Shown: positions 10,670-20,122 of the stretch, in pieces
How the letters are laid out: every line of letters starts with the position of its first letter
Position numbering within the stretch: the first letter of the stretch is position 1
Assembly (NCBI GenBank): GCA_965237475.1
Contig: OZ250140.1
Coordinates: 2,671,399 to 2,735,398, forward strand
DNA from: Dehalococcoidia bacterium
GTDB lineage: Bacteria; Chloroflexota; Dehalococcoidia; Bin125
Length of the DNA stretch: 64,000 nt
Direction of reading: 5' to 3'
Position numbers and translations under genes: made by a program
Notes under the pieces: generated by a model
What the model was told of the DNA's origin: nothing
Databases searched by the model: none
The model's input: only the letters and a program-made list of their open reading frames with translations

Positions 10670-10918
10670 TTTGTGTTGCCTCTTACTTCCGATGTCGCCC
10701 TGTGCGCCGGCATAAGCTGGCCCGTCACACTTGGCTCCATGTCACGCTCCTACCCCACCGGCTCGGCCAGCGGGCATCTCGTCGCCGGAATCTCCACCCC
10801 GAATTGCCGCAACGCCGACGCTCCGTTCCAGAACTCCGTCAAAGACACTCGGAAGCGTTCATCGCCTCCCGCACTATTCGGGCGGATTATAGGGAATCAG
10901 AACTGCAAAGGGGGTTCA

Positions 10919-11163
10919 CACGAGCTACACGGACTGCTGCGGCAGCCGCCGGATCGTGCGCGACTTGAGGAGCTGGTGGACGCGGACTTCGTGTTGCGCG
11001 ATGAGCCGGTTGCCTGGCGCCTGGATGGGCGTGAGCAGCTGTGGCGTCTGATCGAGGAGCGAGGCGGCGGGAGCGCCGGCGAAGGCGGGGACGTTGAGTC
11101 CGGAGATTATGTGGGTGATGCGGAGGGCGGGGCCCTTCGCTGGACGTGGCGGGCGCCGGGCTC
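10919..11163 (+). pseudogene. Remnant of a SnoaL/NTF2-like gene
   Basis: Protein-like stretch LEELVDADFVLRDEPVAWRLDGREQL...GDAEGGALRWTW with no start codon, cut off at the stop of the permease gene. Confidence 0.4.
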
Positions 11164-12082
11164 AGTCCGCGCCGCGCAGCCGAGGGTCAAGGACATCGCG
11201 CAGGGCGTCGCCCCACATGTTGAACGCGAAGACGGTCAGGGTGAGCGCTGCCCCCGGAAAGAGGGCGAGGTGCGGGTTCTGGACCATTTGCGTCTGCGCC
11301 TCCTGCAGCATCCGCCCCCAGGACGGGAAGGGCGGTGGTGTCCCGTAGCCGAGGAAGGCGAGCGCCGACTCGACGAGGATCATTTCGCCGATCTGGACCG
11401 AGGCATTGACGATGATGATGGGCATGAGGTTGGGCAGGATGTGCCGGACCAGGACCCGGCTGTTGCTCGCGCCAAGGGTCTGGGCGGCCTCCACGTAGCT
11501 GTTGGCCCTGATCGAGATGGTGGCGCTGCGGATGATCCGGCTGGTCCCCGCGGCGAAGAGGATCCCGAGGATCATCACGAGAGCGGTCCGGTTGTTGCCA
11601 AAGATCGAGACGATGAAGAGCACAAAGATGAGGCCCGGGAAGGCCAGCCAGGTGTCGACGACGCGCTGGATCACGATGTCGACCCAGCCCCGGAAGTAGG
11701 CGGAGACAGCGCCGATCACGATCGAGAGCACGCCGGAGATGATCACGGCGCTGAACCCGATCAGGACGGAAGTTTGGGCCCCGTAGAGCACGCGGCTGAA
11801 GACGTCGCGGCCCGTGTTGTCAGTGCCGAAGAAATGGTCCCAGCTGGGCGGGGCAAAGCGGTTGGCCAGGTCGATCTGCTCGAAGCTCTGTTTGGCGAAG
11901 AGGCTCGGTTCGATCCCGACGATGACGAGCAGGACCACCACCACGGCCCCGGCGGCGCCGAGCGGTTTTCGGCGCGCGAAGTGCCACAGGCCCCCGAGCA
12001 CGCGGCGGGGCAGGGGCGCCCGCAAGACGAGCTCTGCGACGCTCTGTTGCTCGCGCTGCTGCGAGTCGCCTCCGTCACTCAT
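11162..12082 (-). CDS. ABC transporter permease (DppC/OppC type)
   Basis: HFFGTDNTGRDVFSR, EAA motif (YVEAAQTLGAS), RHILPN, SWGRML, GDALRDVLDPR. Confidence 0.95.
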   Translation of the reverse strand: MSDGGDSQQREQQSVAELVLRAPLPRRVLGGLWHFARRKPLGAAGAVVVVLLVIVGIEPSLFAKQSFEQIDLANRFAPPSWDHFFGTDNTGRDVFSRVLYGAQTSVLIGFSAVIISGVLSIVIGAVSAYFRGWVDIVIQRVVDTWLAFPGLIFVLFIVSIFGNNRTALVMILGILFAAGTSRIIRSATISIRANSYVEAAQTLGASNSRVLVRHILPNLMPIIIVNASVQIGEMILVESALAFLGYGTPPPFPSWGRMLQEAQTQMVQNPHLALFPGAALTLTVFAFNMWGDALRDVLDPRLRGAD

Positions 12083-13031
12083 CGCCGTACCGAATCCGGG
12101 GGTCGAGCAGCGAGTACGTCATGTCCGTGAACAGGTTCGAGACGAGCACGACGACGGCGGAGATGAGCACGATGGCTTGCACGACGGGGTAGTCGCGCGA
12201 GTTGATCGAGGTCAGCAGGTACCTGCCCATGCCGGGGATCGAGAAGATGGTCTCGAGGATCACGGTCCCACCAACGACGACGGGGACCTGGAGGCCAATC
12301 ACGGTGACCACGGGGAGCATCGCGTTGCGCAGCTCGTGCCGGAGTATGATCGAGTGCTCCGACAGACCCTTCGCCCTGGCGGTGCGGACGTAGTCCTGGC
12401 GGACGACCTCCAGCATCGTGGAGCGCGTGAGCCGCATCACGGTGCCCGAGAGCGCCGCGCCGAGAATAATCGTGGGCACCCACATGAGCCGGAGGTTGTC
12501 GATTGGGTCGCTCCAGATCCCGCGGTACTGCAAGGGGGGGACCCAGCCGAACCAGATGAAGCCATAGGTGATCGCCATGAGCGCGAGCCAGAAGCTGGGG
12601 ATGGCGAGGAGCAGAATGGCGAGACTACGCGCAACATAATCGATTCGCGTGTCCTGACGGACCGCGGCGATGATGCCGACAGGCAGGGCGATGGCGACAG
12701 AGACCATCAGCGCCAGCAGGCCCAGCTCGAACGTCGCAGGCAGCCGCGTTTCCAGCTCGGAGCCCACGCTGCGCCCGCTGAGAATCGAAGTGCCGAAGTC
12801 GCCCCGGAAGAGGTCGGCGATCCAGCCGCCGTACTGGACGAAGACACTGTCGTTGAGGGAGTACTGTGCTTCGAGCTGTTCGCGGATCGCGGGATCAACG
12901 TTGCCGAAGTCGCCGAGGATCTGATCCACGACATCGCCGGGCAGGAAGCGCACCGAGAGGAACACGACGACGGTGACCCCAAAGAGGGTGGGAATTAGCA
13001 GCAGGGTCCGGCGGGCGAGGTAGTTCGTCAT
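12075..13031 (-). CDS. ABC transporter permease (DppB/OppB type)
   Basis: GDFGTS, RLPATFEL, QDYVRTARAKGL, ETIFSIPGMG, RDYPVVQ, LLDPRIR. Confidence 0.95.
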   Translation of the reverse strand: MTNYLARRTLLLIPTLFGVTVVVFLSVRFLPGDVVDQILGDFGNVDPAIREQLEAQYSLNDSVFVQYGGWIADLFRGDFGTSILSGRSVGSELETRLPATFELGLLALMVSVAIALPVGIIAAVRQDTRIDYVARSLAILLLAIPSFWLALMAITYGFIWFGWVPPLQYRGIWSDPIDNLRLMWVPTIILGAALSGTVMRLTRSTMLEVVRQDYVRTARAKGLSEHSIILRHELRNAMLPVVTVIGLQVPVVVGGTVILETIFSIPGMGRYLLTSINSRDYPVVQAIVLISAVVVLVSNLFTDMTYSLLDPRIRYGDE

Positions 13032-13164
13032 CACGCGTCCCCCAGGTTCCGCTACCGTCCGACTACTCGACGGCGTTGGAAGGCGTCCCGCGAGGCGGGC
13101 CCGAGCGCCGCGATCCTCCGGGCGCACGCCGGGATCGATGTCCTCGTGGCCGCGGCGCTGTCGG

Positions 13165-13590
13165 GCGGTCAGCGGTGCGGCCCCGCGATCGCCGGCCCGG
13201 GCCCCCGCCGCCGCGCGCCACAGGGAGGAGCGCAGGCTGTTGCCCGCGACTCTTACTCATCCAACCGATCGGGCGGGAACTCCAGCGCCGCGTTGAGCGA
13301 GGTCGTCCGCACCACGTAATCCGTCACGTTCCCGATGTTCGACTGGAACGCCAGGAACGTCCCGACTGCTCCCTGCTGGTTCGGCGCGAAGTAGTGCAAG
13401 CCGGCCTCGTACTCCTGCGCCTCCAGTATCGCTAGCCGCTGCTCCTCGAAGTCCCTGGTTTGGAGCATCGTGTCGAGCAGGGCGTTCAGTACGGGATCGC
13501 TCTCGTCGCTGTGCGAGAGGATGCTGTTATTCCGGACCCCGCCCGGCCGGTAGTAGACCTCGTACTGGCCAACAGCCCCGGCGCCACGCG
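13165..13590. repeat. Direct repeat copy 2 of the SBP 3' end, with a ~24-nt deletion removing the original stop
   Basis: Homologous to 8642-9093; lacks CTAGGCCCGCTTGAAGTAGTGCGG, deleted between GCGG microhomologies. Confidence 0.9.
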
Positions 13591-13915
13591 ACTCTGCCAA
13601 TCCCTCGATCAATCCCAGCCTCCGCGCTGCGGCGATCCCTCCCTCATCTTGCAAGGCTTCGAGCCGGAGCCCGGTACACTGACGCAGGCGGCGGGCGTCG
13701 CCTGGACCAGTGACCAGGTCCAGGTGCTGGGGGAGCGGGTCGGCGAGCGGCTCATCGTGAGTGGCGCCAGCCTCGCGAACCAGAGACTCCAGGACGAGGT
13801 CGCTCAGCTCGATCGACAGCGGACTCAGCAGCGTCGGGTTGTGCATCTGATCCCAGCGCCAAGAACCCTCCGCCATCTCGGAATCCGTCCATTCCAGCTC
13901 AAACCGGGTCCGCAC
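13253..13915 (-). pseudogene. Chimeric ORF: N-terminus resembling the leader of Chloroflexi PEP-utilising enzymes, fused in frame to the last ~105 aa of an SBP paralogue
   Basis: C-terminal RGAGAVGQYEVYY...LNAALE nearly matches the SBP at 8756-10669. The N-terminal FELEW...WRWDQMHNP..LSPL assignment is from memory only. Confidence 0.6.
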
Positions 13916-14102
13916 GCATACGTGCGACGTTGACTCGTTGCCTCATCGTGGCCTCCTACTCCCGCGTGTCGTCTGTCGCGATTCTGGGCGAATTGACACG
14001 GCTCGGCTGGGGTCACCCACGCTCGGACCATCGCGCGCTCACTGCTTGCATCGATTCCGCGCCGAGCCTAGGCTACGCCATCGAACCGGCGGGGGGGTGT
14101 GG

Positions 14103-14417
14103 ATGCCGTCTCAATATCCGATCGATCCAAGCCGTACCGATCTCGCCCGGGAGTTCATGGCCAACCCCATGGGCCCCCACAGCGCCGCGCTCCAGCGCAT
14201 CGTTACGCGCATGCGCGACACCGAAGCGGCCGGCCGCTACGTCCTCGTCACGCGCGTCCCGTACAAAGAGTGGGTGCTCGCGCAGCTCTCCGGCCAGCGC
14301 GGCGTTGATCTCAGCCTCAACGAAGACCAGGTCTTCACTTCCCTCGAAGACGCAGAGCGCGCGGTGTTCAAACTGCGCTGGGAACTGATCACCGGCGCCG
14401 CACTCGGACTCGACTAA
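14103..14417 (+). CDS. N,N-dimethylformamidase small-subunit-like protein
   Basis: EF.ANP.GPHS..LQR....MR, GRYVLV...PY.EW, F.S.EDAE.AVFK.RW pattern; lies directly upstream of the large subunit. Confidence 0.8.
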   Translation: MPSQYPIDPSRTDLAREFMANPMGPHSAALQRIVTRMRDTEAAGRYVLVTRVPYKEWVLAQLSGQRGVDLSLNEDQVFTSLEDAERAVFKLRWELITGAALGLD

Positions 14418-14439
14418 TTCAGCGCAGAGGGAGCGATCC

Positions 14440-16671
14440 ATGCTCGAAAAGAAGATCGCGGGCTACAGCGACGAGATCAGCGTCGCTCCCGGCGAACGCA
14501 TCCGCTTCATGGTGAGCTGCGAGCCGGGAGTCGACCGCTACCAGGCCGACATCGTCCGCCTCATCTCCGGTGATCGCCAGCCCGGCGGGCCCGGCTACCG
14601 CGATGAACTCCTGTCATCGCCCGTCAGTGGCGAGTACCCCGGCCGCACGCAAGAGACCTACTGCGGATCCTACGCCGTCGTCCCCCACGGCCCCGCCTTT
14701 GGCGGCCTCAGCGATCTCACCCTCCAGGCCACCATCTTTCCCACCCTCCCCAGCCTCCGTCGCGCCTGCCTCATCTCCAAGATGGACGTCGCCGCCGGTC
14801 GCGGCTTCGCGCTCTGGACCGATCCCGCACAGGGCCTCGTCCTGGAACTCGGGGACGGCGCCGGGGGCCTGCGCGAATTCGCCCTCGGGCATCCCTTCGT
14901 CGCCCGCGAGTGGTACCTGGTCAGCGCCACGTACCACGCCGTCAGCGGCGAAGTGCACCTGCGGCAACAGCTGCTGGACTCCTACGCCCGTGACACGTCG
15001 AGCGGCGAGGCCAGACACACGAGCGAGGGGACCGCTGTCGTCGACTGCGACGCGCCACTCCTGCTCGCGGCCGCCAGCCGTGAAGAGGCCCGCGGGAAAC
15101 CGATCGGGGAGATGATCTTCAACGGTCGGATCGAGCGTCCAGTCGTCGCCTCCCGCGCCCTGGAGCGCAGCGAAATTGAAGCCCTTCGCGGCGACGCAGT
15201 TCCGCCCGCCCTGCGTGCCGACATTTGCGCCGCCTGGGACTTCGCCCGCGCGATCGAGACGGACGACATCATCGACATCTCCCCCAACCGCGCCCACGGC
15301 CAGCTGATCAACCTCCCGATTCGCGCCGTGCGCGGCTCCACCTGGACAGGCGAGGAGCTGAATTTCCGCCACGCGCCGGATCAGTACGCCGCCATCCACT
15401 TCATAGATGACTCGCTCTACGACTGCGAATGGGACGCCGACTTCGAACTGGAAGTCCCCGCCGGCACGCCGAGCGGCCTCTACGCCGCCCGGATCACGGC
15501 CGGGGACCAGGAAGACCACATCAGCTTCGTCGTGCGCCCACCCCGTGATCGCGCCAGCGCGTCGCTGGCCCTGCTCATCCCCACGGCCAGCTACATGGCA
15601 TACGGCAACTCCCGCGGCGGTATCGAGTCCGGAGCCGAGCTGCACGCCAACCGCCTCGCCGTGATCGGTCCGGAGGACCGCTACCTCAACCGCCACCCGG
15701 AGTACGGCAACTCCATGTACGACAACCACAACGACGGGACGGGCGTCTGTTACTCCTCTCGTCTCCGCCCGCTGATCAACATCCGCCCGACCCACTCCTG
15801 GCTCTGGCAGCTCAGCGCCGACATGCACCTCGTCGAATGGCTCGAATCGCAAGCCATCCCCTTCGACGTCATCACCGACGAAGACATGCACCAGGACGGC
15901 GTTTCACTCCTGGAGCGCTACGCCTGCGTGATGACCTGCAGCCACCCGGAGTACTACTCCACCCCCATGTGGGACGCCGTTCACGCCTTCACCCAGCGCG
16001 GCGGCCGGCTGATGTACATGGGCGGCAACGGCTTTTACTGGCGCGTCGCTTACCGCGACGACAAACCGGGTGTCATGGAGATGCGCCGGACCGAAGACGG
16101 ATCCCGCTCCTGGGCCAGTGAGCCGGGGGAGTACTACATGGCCTTCAGCGGCGAGTACGGTGGGCTCTGGTGGCGCGCCGGGCGCACGCCGCAGTACCTC
16201 GTCGGCAATGGCTTCATCGCCCAGGGGTTCGACCACTCCTCCTTCTTCCGCCGCGCCCCCGGCGGCCACGACCCCCGCGCCGCCTTCATCTTCGAGGGCG
16301 TCGAGGGCGAGATCATCGGGGACTTCGGTCTGATCGGCGGCGGCGCCGCCGGCCTCGAACTGGACTCAGCCAGCCGTGGCTATGGGACGCCACCCCACGC
16401 CCTCACCGTCGCTACGTCCGAGCAGCACACCGACGCCTACATCCGTGTCAACGAGGACATCGGTCACATGCTGCTCGCGATCGGGGGACAGGACGATCCC
16501 CAGGTGCACGCCGACATGGTCTTTTTCGAGACGCCGCGCGGCGGCGCCGTGTTCTCGACCGGCTCGATCGGCTGGAGTGCCTCGCTATTCCACAACAATC
16601 ACGACAACAACGTCTCGCGTATCACGCGGAACGTGCTCGACCGATTCTTGGACGCAACCGCGTTCGCGTAG
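14440..16671 (+). CDS. N,N-dimethylformamidase large-subunit family protein (LamG-like domain plus catalytic domain)
   Basis: SVAPGE.I.FMVS, PTASYMAYGN, SMYDNHNDG.GVCYSSRLRP, HPEYYS, MYMGGNGFYW, GGAAGLELD, GGAVFSTGSI. Confidence 0.9.
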   Translation: MLEKKIAGYSDEISVAPGERIRFMVSCEPGVDRYQADIVRLISGDRQPGGPGYRDELLSSPVSGEYPGRTQETYCGSYAVVPHGPAFGGLSDLTLQATIFPTLPSLRRACLISKMDVAAGRGFALWTDPAQGLVLELGDGAGGLREFALGHPFVAREWYLVSATYHAVSGEVHLRQQLLDSYARDTSSGEARHTSEGTAVVDCDAPLLLAAASREEARGKPIGEMIFNGRIERPVVASRALERSEIEALRGDAVPPALRADICAAWDFARAIETDDIIDISPNRAHGQLINLPIRAVRGSTWTGEELNFRHAPDQYAAIHFIDDSLYDCEWDADFELEVPAGTPSGLYAARITAGDQEDHISFVVRPPRDRASASLALLIPTASYMAYGNSRGGIESGAELHANRLAVIGPEDRYLNRHPEYGNSMYDNHNDGTGVCYSSRLRPLINIRPTHSWLWQLSADMHLVEWLESQAIPFDVITDEDMHQDGVSLLERYACVMTCSHPEYYSTPMWDAVHAFTQRGGRLMYMGGNGFYWRVAYRDDKPGVMEMRRTEDGSRSWASEPGEYYMAFSGEYGGLWWRAGRTPQYLVGNGFIAQGFDHSSFFRRAPGGHDPRAAFIFEGVEGEIIGDFGLIGGGAAGLELDSASRGYGTPPHALTVATSEQHTDAYIRVNEDIGHMLLAIGGQDDPQVHADMVFFETPRGGAVFSTGSIGWSASLFHNNHDNNVSRITRNVLDRFLDATAFA

Positions 16672-16959
16672 GAGCCCCGCCGCGGAAACGCGCGCGGCGC
16701 AATCGTTCCCCGCTTGACGCCCCCGCGGCTCGCTCCGAAGACGCCTCGCGGCCCATGCGTGTCCGCTCGGAAGCCTCACGATGAGCTGTGGATCGTGCCG
16801 GTCCTCGCGCCAGACAGACGGGCAAGGGGCCTCCGCACCCTCAGGTGCGGACGAGCTGCGGGCGTGTCGGATCAGGCACGCGCAGGACGATTAGACTGCG
16901 ACCGACCCCCAGATCCCTGGCTGTTTCCGCCGCGAACCGCGACACATCGTTCGCATCAC

Positions 16960-17290
16960 TGCCGGCCTCGGGGTAGATGGCCCCGGACGTGAACACACCA
17001 CTCTCCTCGACCATGCGCTCCCAGTCCGCGGGCGTGTAGCACCAGTTCGGCGGCCCCCAGCTCAACTTCAGCGCTTCCGCCGGATCCGGATCGGCCACCA
17101 CGATCGATTCCGGCGTTGCCCGCACCTCGACGCCCCGGTTGGGCTCCACGGCGGCGCGGCAGAGGGAGTCAATCTCGCGCCGCAGCAGGTTGGCTTGCTC
17201 ATCGCCCAAGGACTGGTTGAGCCGGGTGGACTCGACCACATCGGTGAAGAGGACCGTGACGGTCCCTCCGGAGACGTTTGCGTGATCCTC
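16960..17290 (-). pseudogene. Mosaic of gene fragments: class III adenylate/guanylate cyclase N-terminus joined to a possible VOC/glyoxalase C-terminus
   Basis: GTVTVLFTDVVESTRL...GD...GVEV stops just before the conserved K..GD; followed by ADPD..ALKLSWG. Confidence 0.55.
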
Positions 17291-17300
17291 GTCGGAGACC

Positions 17301-17393
17301 CTGTAGGGGCGACCCTTGTGGTCGCCCTCCCCGTCACGTTTCGATCTCCCAGATAGCCGGCAGACAGGGCGACCACAAGGGTCGCCCCTACAG
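17301..17393. repeat. Inverted pair of GTAG-type REP elements (REPIN-like)
   Basis: CTGTAGGGGCGACCCTTGTGGTCGCCCT and its exact reverse complement AGGGCGACCACAAGGGTCGCCCCTACAG, ~37 nt apart. Confidence 0.85.
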
Positions 17394-17808
17394 ATTCCTC
17401 GGTAGAGCGAGATTCGATATACGCAATGGTCTCCCCCGGTAGTTGGTTGGAGTGCGTCGTTGCCATGACTCCGGCCCAGTCCCGCGCAGTCTGACCCGCT
17501 GCTCAACAATCGACAAACTTCCACCGCCCCGAAGCGAACTGAGGCCGTGCGAGCCGTCGAGGTGGTGAGAACGAAAAGCGGGGGCGGTCACGGCGCGCTT
17601 GGGCTCCCGGGCGAGGTACGCCCCGAGGGTGCGGAGCGGGACGTGGGAGCGGCCATGCGGACCTGGATGTGCGGCGGCGCCCTCCGCCGTGTCGAGGAAG
17701 GCTGGGCACGACGTTTGACCACAACCAAACGATCGCGCCGGCTGTGTTGGGCCGAGCGACTTGGCTCGGGCGTCCCGTTGATCGGCGCCGCGTCGATTGG
17801 GTTTCTGC

Positions 17809-17884
17809 TGGTGGAGCTGGGGGGACTCGAACCCCCGGCCTTTTGACTGCCAGTCAAACGCTCTCCCAACTGAGCTACAGCCCC
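17809..17884 (-). tRNA. tRNA-Ala (GGC)
   Basis: GGGGCTG/CAGCTCC acceptor stem with G3:U70, anticodon arm TTTGA-CTGGCAG-TCAAA, GTTCGAGT T-loop, encoded CCA; 76 nt. Confidence 0.97.
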
Positions 17885-18085
17885 ACGGTCTCCGGCTGCT
17901 CGCCAGCGTAGGTGGGCGCTGAGCGAGGCGCCAGCGCCGCCCTGTTTACCCACGCGTCACATTTTCCAGACCCAGCTGACACGCAGCGGTAATGTCGGAG
18001 AGAGCCCGATATCCTTGCCGCTCAGGCGCGGCACTAAACTGGCCGTGGATTTGATTGTCGAGCGGATCGCGGAGCTCAACCGTCC

Positions 18086-19066
18086 ATGAAGGCACTGCAG
18101 GACCTCTGGCACAGCAATCCCTACGCCGTCGCTGCGGCGGTAGTCGCCCCGATCGTGTTCGGCGTCACCTTCGCCCTGATCTGGCTGCTCTCCAGCGGAG
18201 GCGGCGGCGACGCGCAGACCATCGCTGACCGACAGTCGCCCCCCGCGGCCCAGGCGACTCCCGCCGTCGTGGAGGTCCAGAGCGAGTCCGGCGCCGAGGC
18301 GCAAGCGCAGCAGGTCGCGACCGCGCGATCGAGCGACCGCGCGTCCGTAACCGAGCAGCCCCGACCACAGGTCGCGGAGCCCCCTGAGGACGCCGCGGAA
18401 ACTGATCAAGCCGGGCCTGAGGCCGATGTCCCCGAGGTGGATGAGCCAGCCGAAGAAGAGGCGCTACCGCCGCTTGAGGATGTGTTGGTTGAGGAGATTG
18501 ACGAATCGACCTTCCGATACGGGATCGAGAAGGAACGCGGGGCAATTCTGCCGATCGACAACGGCATCGTCCCGTCCAGCGGCCCCGATTACGCGACCTC
18601 CTGGGAGCTGCTCCTGCCGACCGCCCGGATCCGTGCCGATATCGTCCAGGTCGGCCGCACCCCGCGCGGCGCGATCGGCGCGCCCGACAACCCGTTCGTG
18701 ATCGGCTGGTTCAACGTCGGCGCCGAGCCCGGCGAGCCTGGCAATGCGATCCTCGCCGGCCACCGCGACTACGAAGACATCGATGGCAACGTTGGCACCG
18801 GCGTCTGCTGGGAGCTGAACCGCGTCAAGGTCGGTGACCAGATGATCATCCGCGACGCGGAACAGAACATCGCCTGGGTCTACGAAGTCACCGAGGCCGT
18901 GACCCTCGACCCGAACGATCCCAACTCCGCGCGCTACCTCGCCGCAACCGACGAGTCCGTGCTCACCCTGATCACCTGCACCGGCGCGTTCAACCCGAAG
19001 ACCCACACCTACTCGCACCGCCTGGTGATCGTCGGCGTGCTCCAGGCCACCGCCTCCACCACCTAA
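18086..19066 (+). CDS. Class F sortase with N-terminal TM helix and acidic linker
   Basis: PGEPGNAILAGHRD, LTLITCTG and HRL give the His/Cys/Arg triad. Confidence 0.9.
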   Translation: MKALQDLWHSNPYAVAAAVVAPIVFGVTFALIWLLSSGGGGDAQTIADRQSPPAAQATPAVVEVQSESGAEAQAQQVATARSSDRASVTEQPRPQVAEPPEDAAETDQAGPEADVPEVDEPAEEEALPPLEDVLVEEIDESTFRYGIEKERGAILPIDNGIVPSSGPDYATSWELLLPTARIRADIVQVGRTPRGAIGAPDNPFVIGWFNVGAEPGEPGNAILAGHRDYEDIDGNVGTGVCWELNRVKVGDQMIIRDAEQNIAWVYEVTEAVTLDPNDPNSARYLAATDESVLTLITCTGAFNPKTHTYSHRLVIVGVLQATASTT

Positions 19067-19125
19067 CGCTCTGGCTCCCCCTGCGTCGCGGGGGGGCTGT
19101 CGCGAAGCGGCGGAGCCCCTCCGAC

Positions 19126-20067
19126 CTAGCCCTCAGCCAGCCGTCCCGCCAACTGCAGCGCATCGACCGGCCAAAACCGCTGCGGCCGCGGGTTCGCGAC
19201 CCCCGGCCTCTCGCGGTCCGCCCGACAGTTCAGCACCGCGTTCGCCCACTGCGCGGGAATCGCATCGATCCCCCACACGGCGCCCAGCAGCGCCCCGCAG
19301 ATCGCCGCGTTCGTATCGGTGTCGCCGCCGCGCATCACGGTGTCCACGACGCCCTCCTCCAGATCGACCGCGTGCACCAGCTGCCACAGCGCGTTGCGAA
19401 ACGCGATCAGCACCCAGCCGGCCTGACTGAGGAAATCCCCCGGCGGCGCGACCGCTGCGCCGCGCACAGCTTCGAGCAGGCTGCTGTCGACATCCGCCGC
19501 TTCCGCGTAACCCACGATTCGGCGATAGAGCTCGCGCCGATCGCAGCCCGTGCGAATCACGTGCGCAATCGCCATGGCGAACAACTCGTTGGCCTCCAGG
19601 CAGACCAGGTTGGGATGCGTGATCCCCGCATCGGTCCGCGCCCAGGTCGCCAGGTCGGACAGTTCGTGCGTCGCACCGAAGATCGCCAGTGGCGAAATCC
19701 GCATCAGCGCTCCATTCGCCTGACTGTGCGGATTCATCCGCCCGCGCAGCGCGCCGCTGACCGTGATCCCGGCGTCGAAGGGCCCTGTGTCCAGCCATGC
19801 GACATACGCCTCGCGCACGGCCTCGACATCGAACTCGCCGCGTTCCGCGAGCACCCGCGCCAGCGCGAGCGCCATCTCTGAGTCGTCGGTCGGCTGGCCC
19901 GCCAGCGTGCCCCAGACTCCGCCGTCGGCCAACTCCCGCACGCCGTCTGGATATGCCGCGCGAATTTGCGGCGCCGACTGAAACTCGACCAGACTGCCCA
20001 GCGAATCACCGGCCAGCTGCCCCATCAAGCAACCCTGCGCGCGAGAGAGGACACCGGGGTTCACCAT
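19126..20067 (-). CDS. ADP-ribosylglycohydrolase family protein
   Basis: GDSLG, TDDSEM, NGALMRISP, GGDTDTNAAICGALLGA. Confidence 0.93.
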   Translation of the reverse strand: MVNPGVLSRAQGCLMGQLAGDSLGSLVEFQSAPQIRAAYPDGVRELADGGVWGTLAGQPTDDSEMALALARVLAERGEFDVEAVREAYVAWLDTGPFDAGITVSGALRGRMNPHSQANGALMRISPLAIFGATHELSDLATWARTDAGITHPNLVCLEANELFAMAIAHVIRTGCDRRELYRRIVGYAEAADVDSSLLEAVRGAAVAPPGDFLSQAGWVLIAFRNALWQLVHAVDLEEGVVDTVMRGGDTDTNAAICGALLGAVWGIDAIPAQWANAVLNCRADRERPGVANPRPQRFWPVDALQLAGRLAEG

Positions 20068-20122
20068 CGGCCTACCACATCCTGACCGTCGCTAACCGTC
20101 GCTGACTGATCGCTACCGGGGT

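Noticed and set aside
10124-12130. 668-aa plus-strand ORF
   Set aside because: Mostly antisense to the SBP and permease genes, a typical high-GC shadow frame; only 10919-11163 looks protein-like.
17809-17884. Integrative element at tRNA-Ala
   Set aside because: No integrase and no duplicated tRNA 3' end seen in the window.
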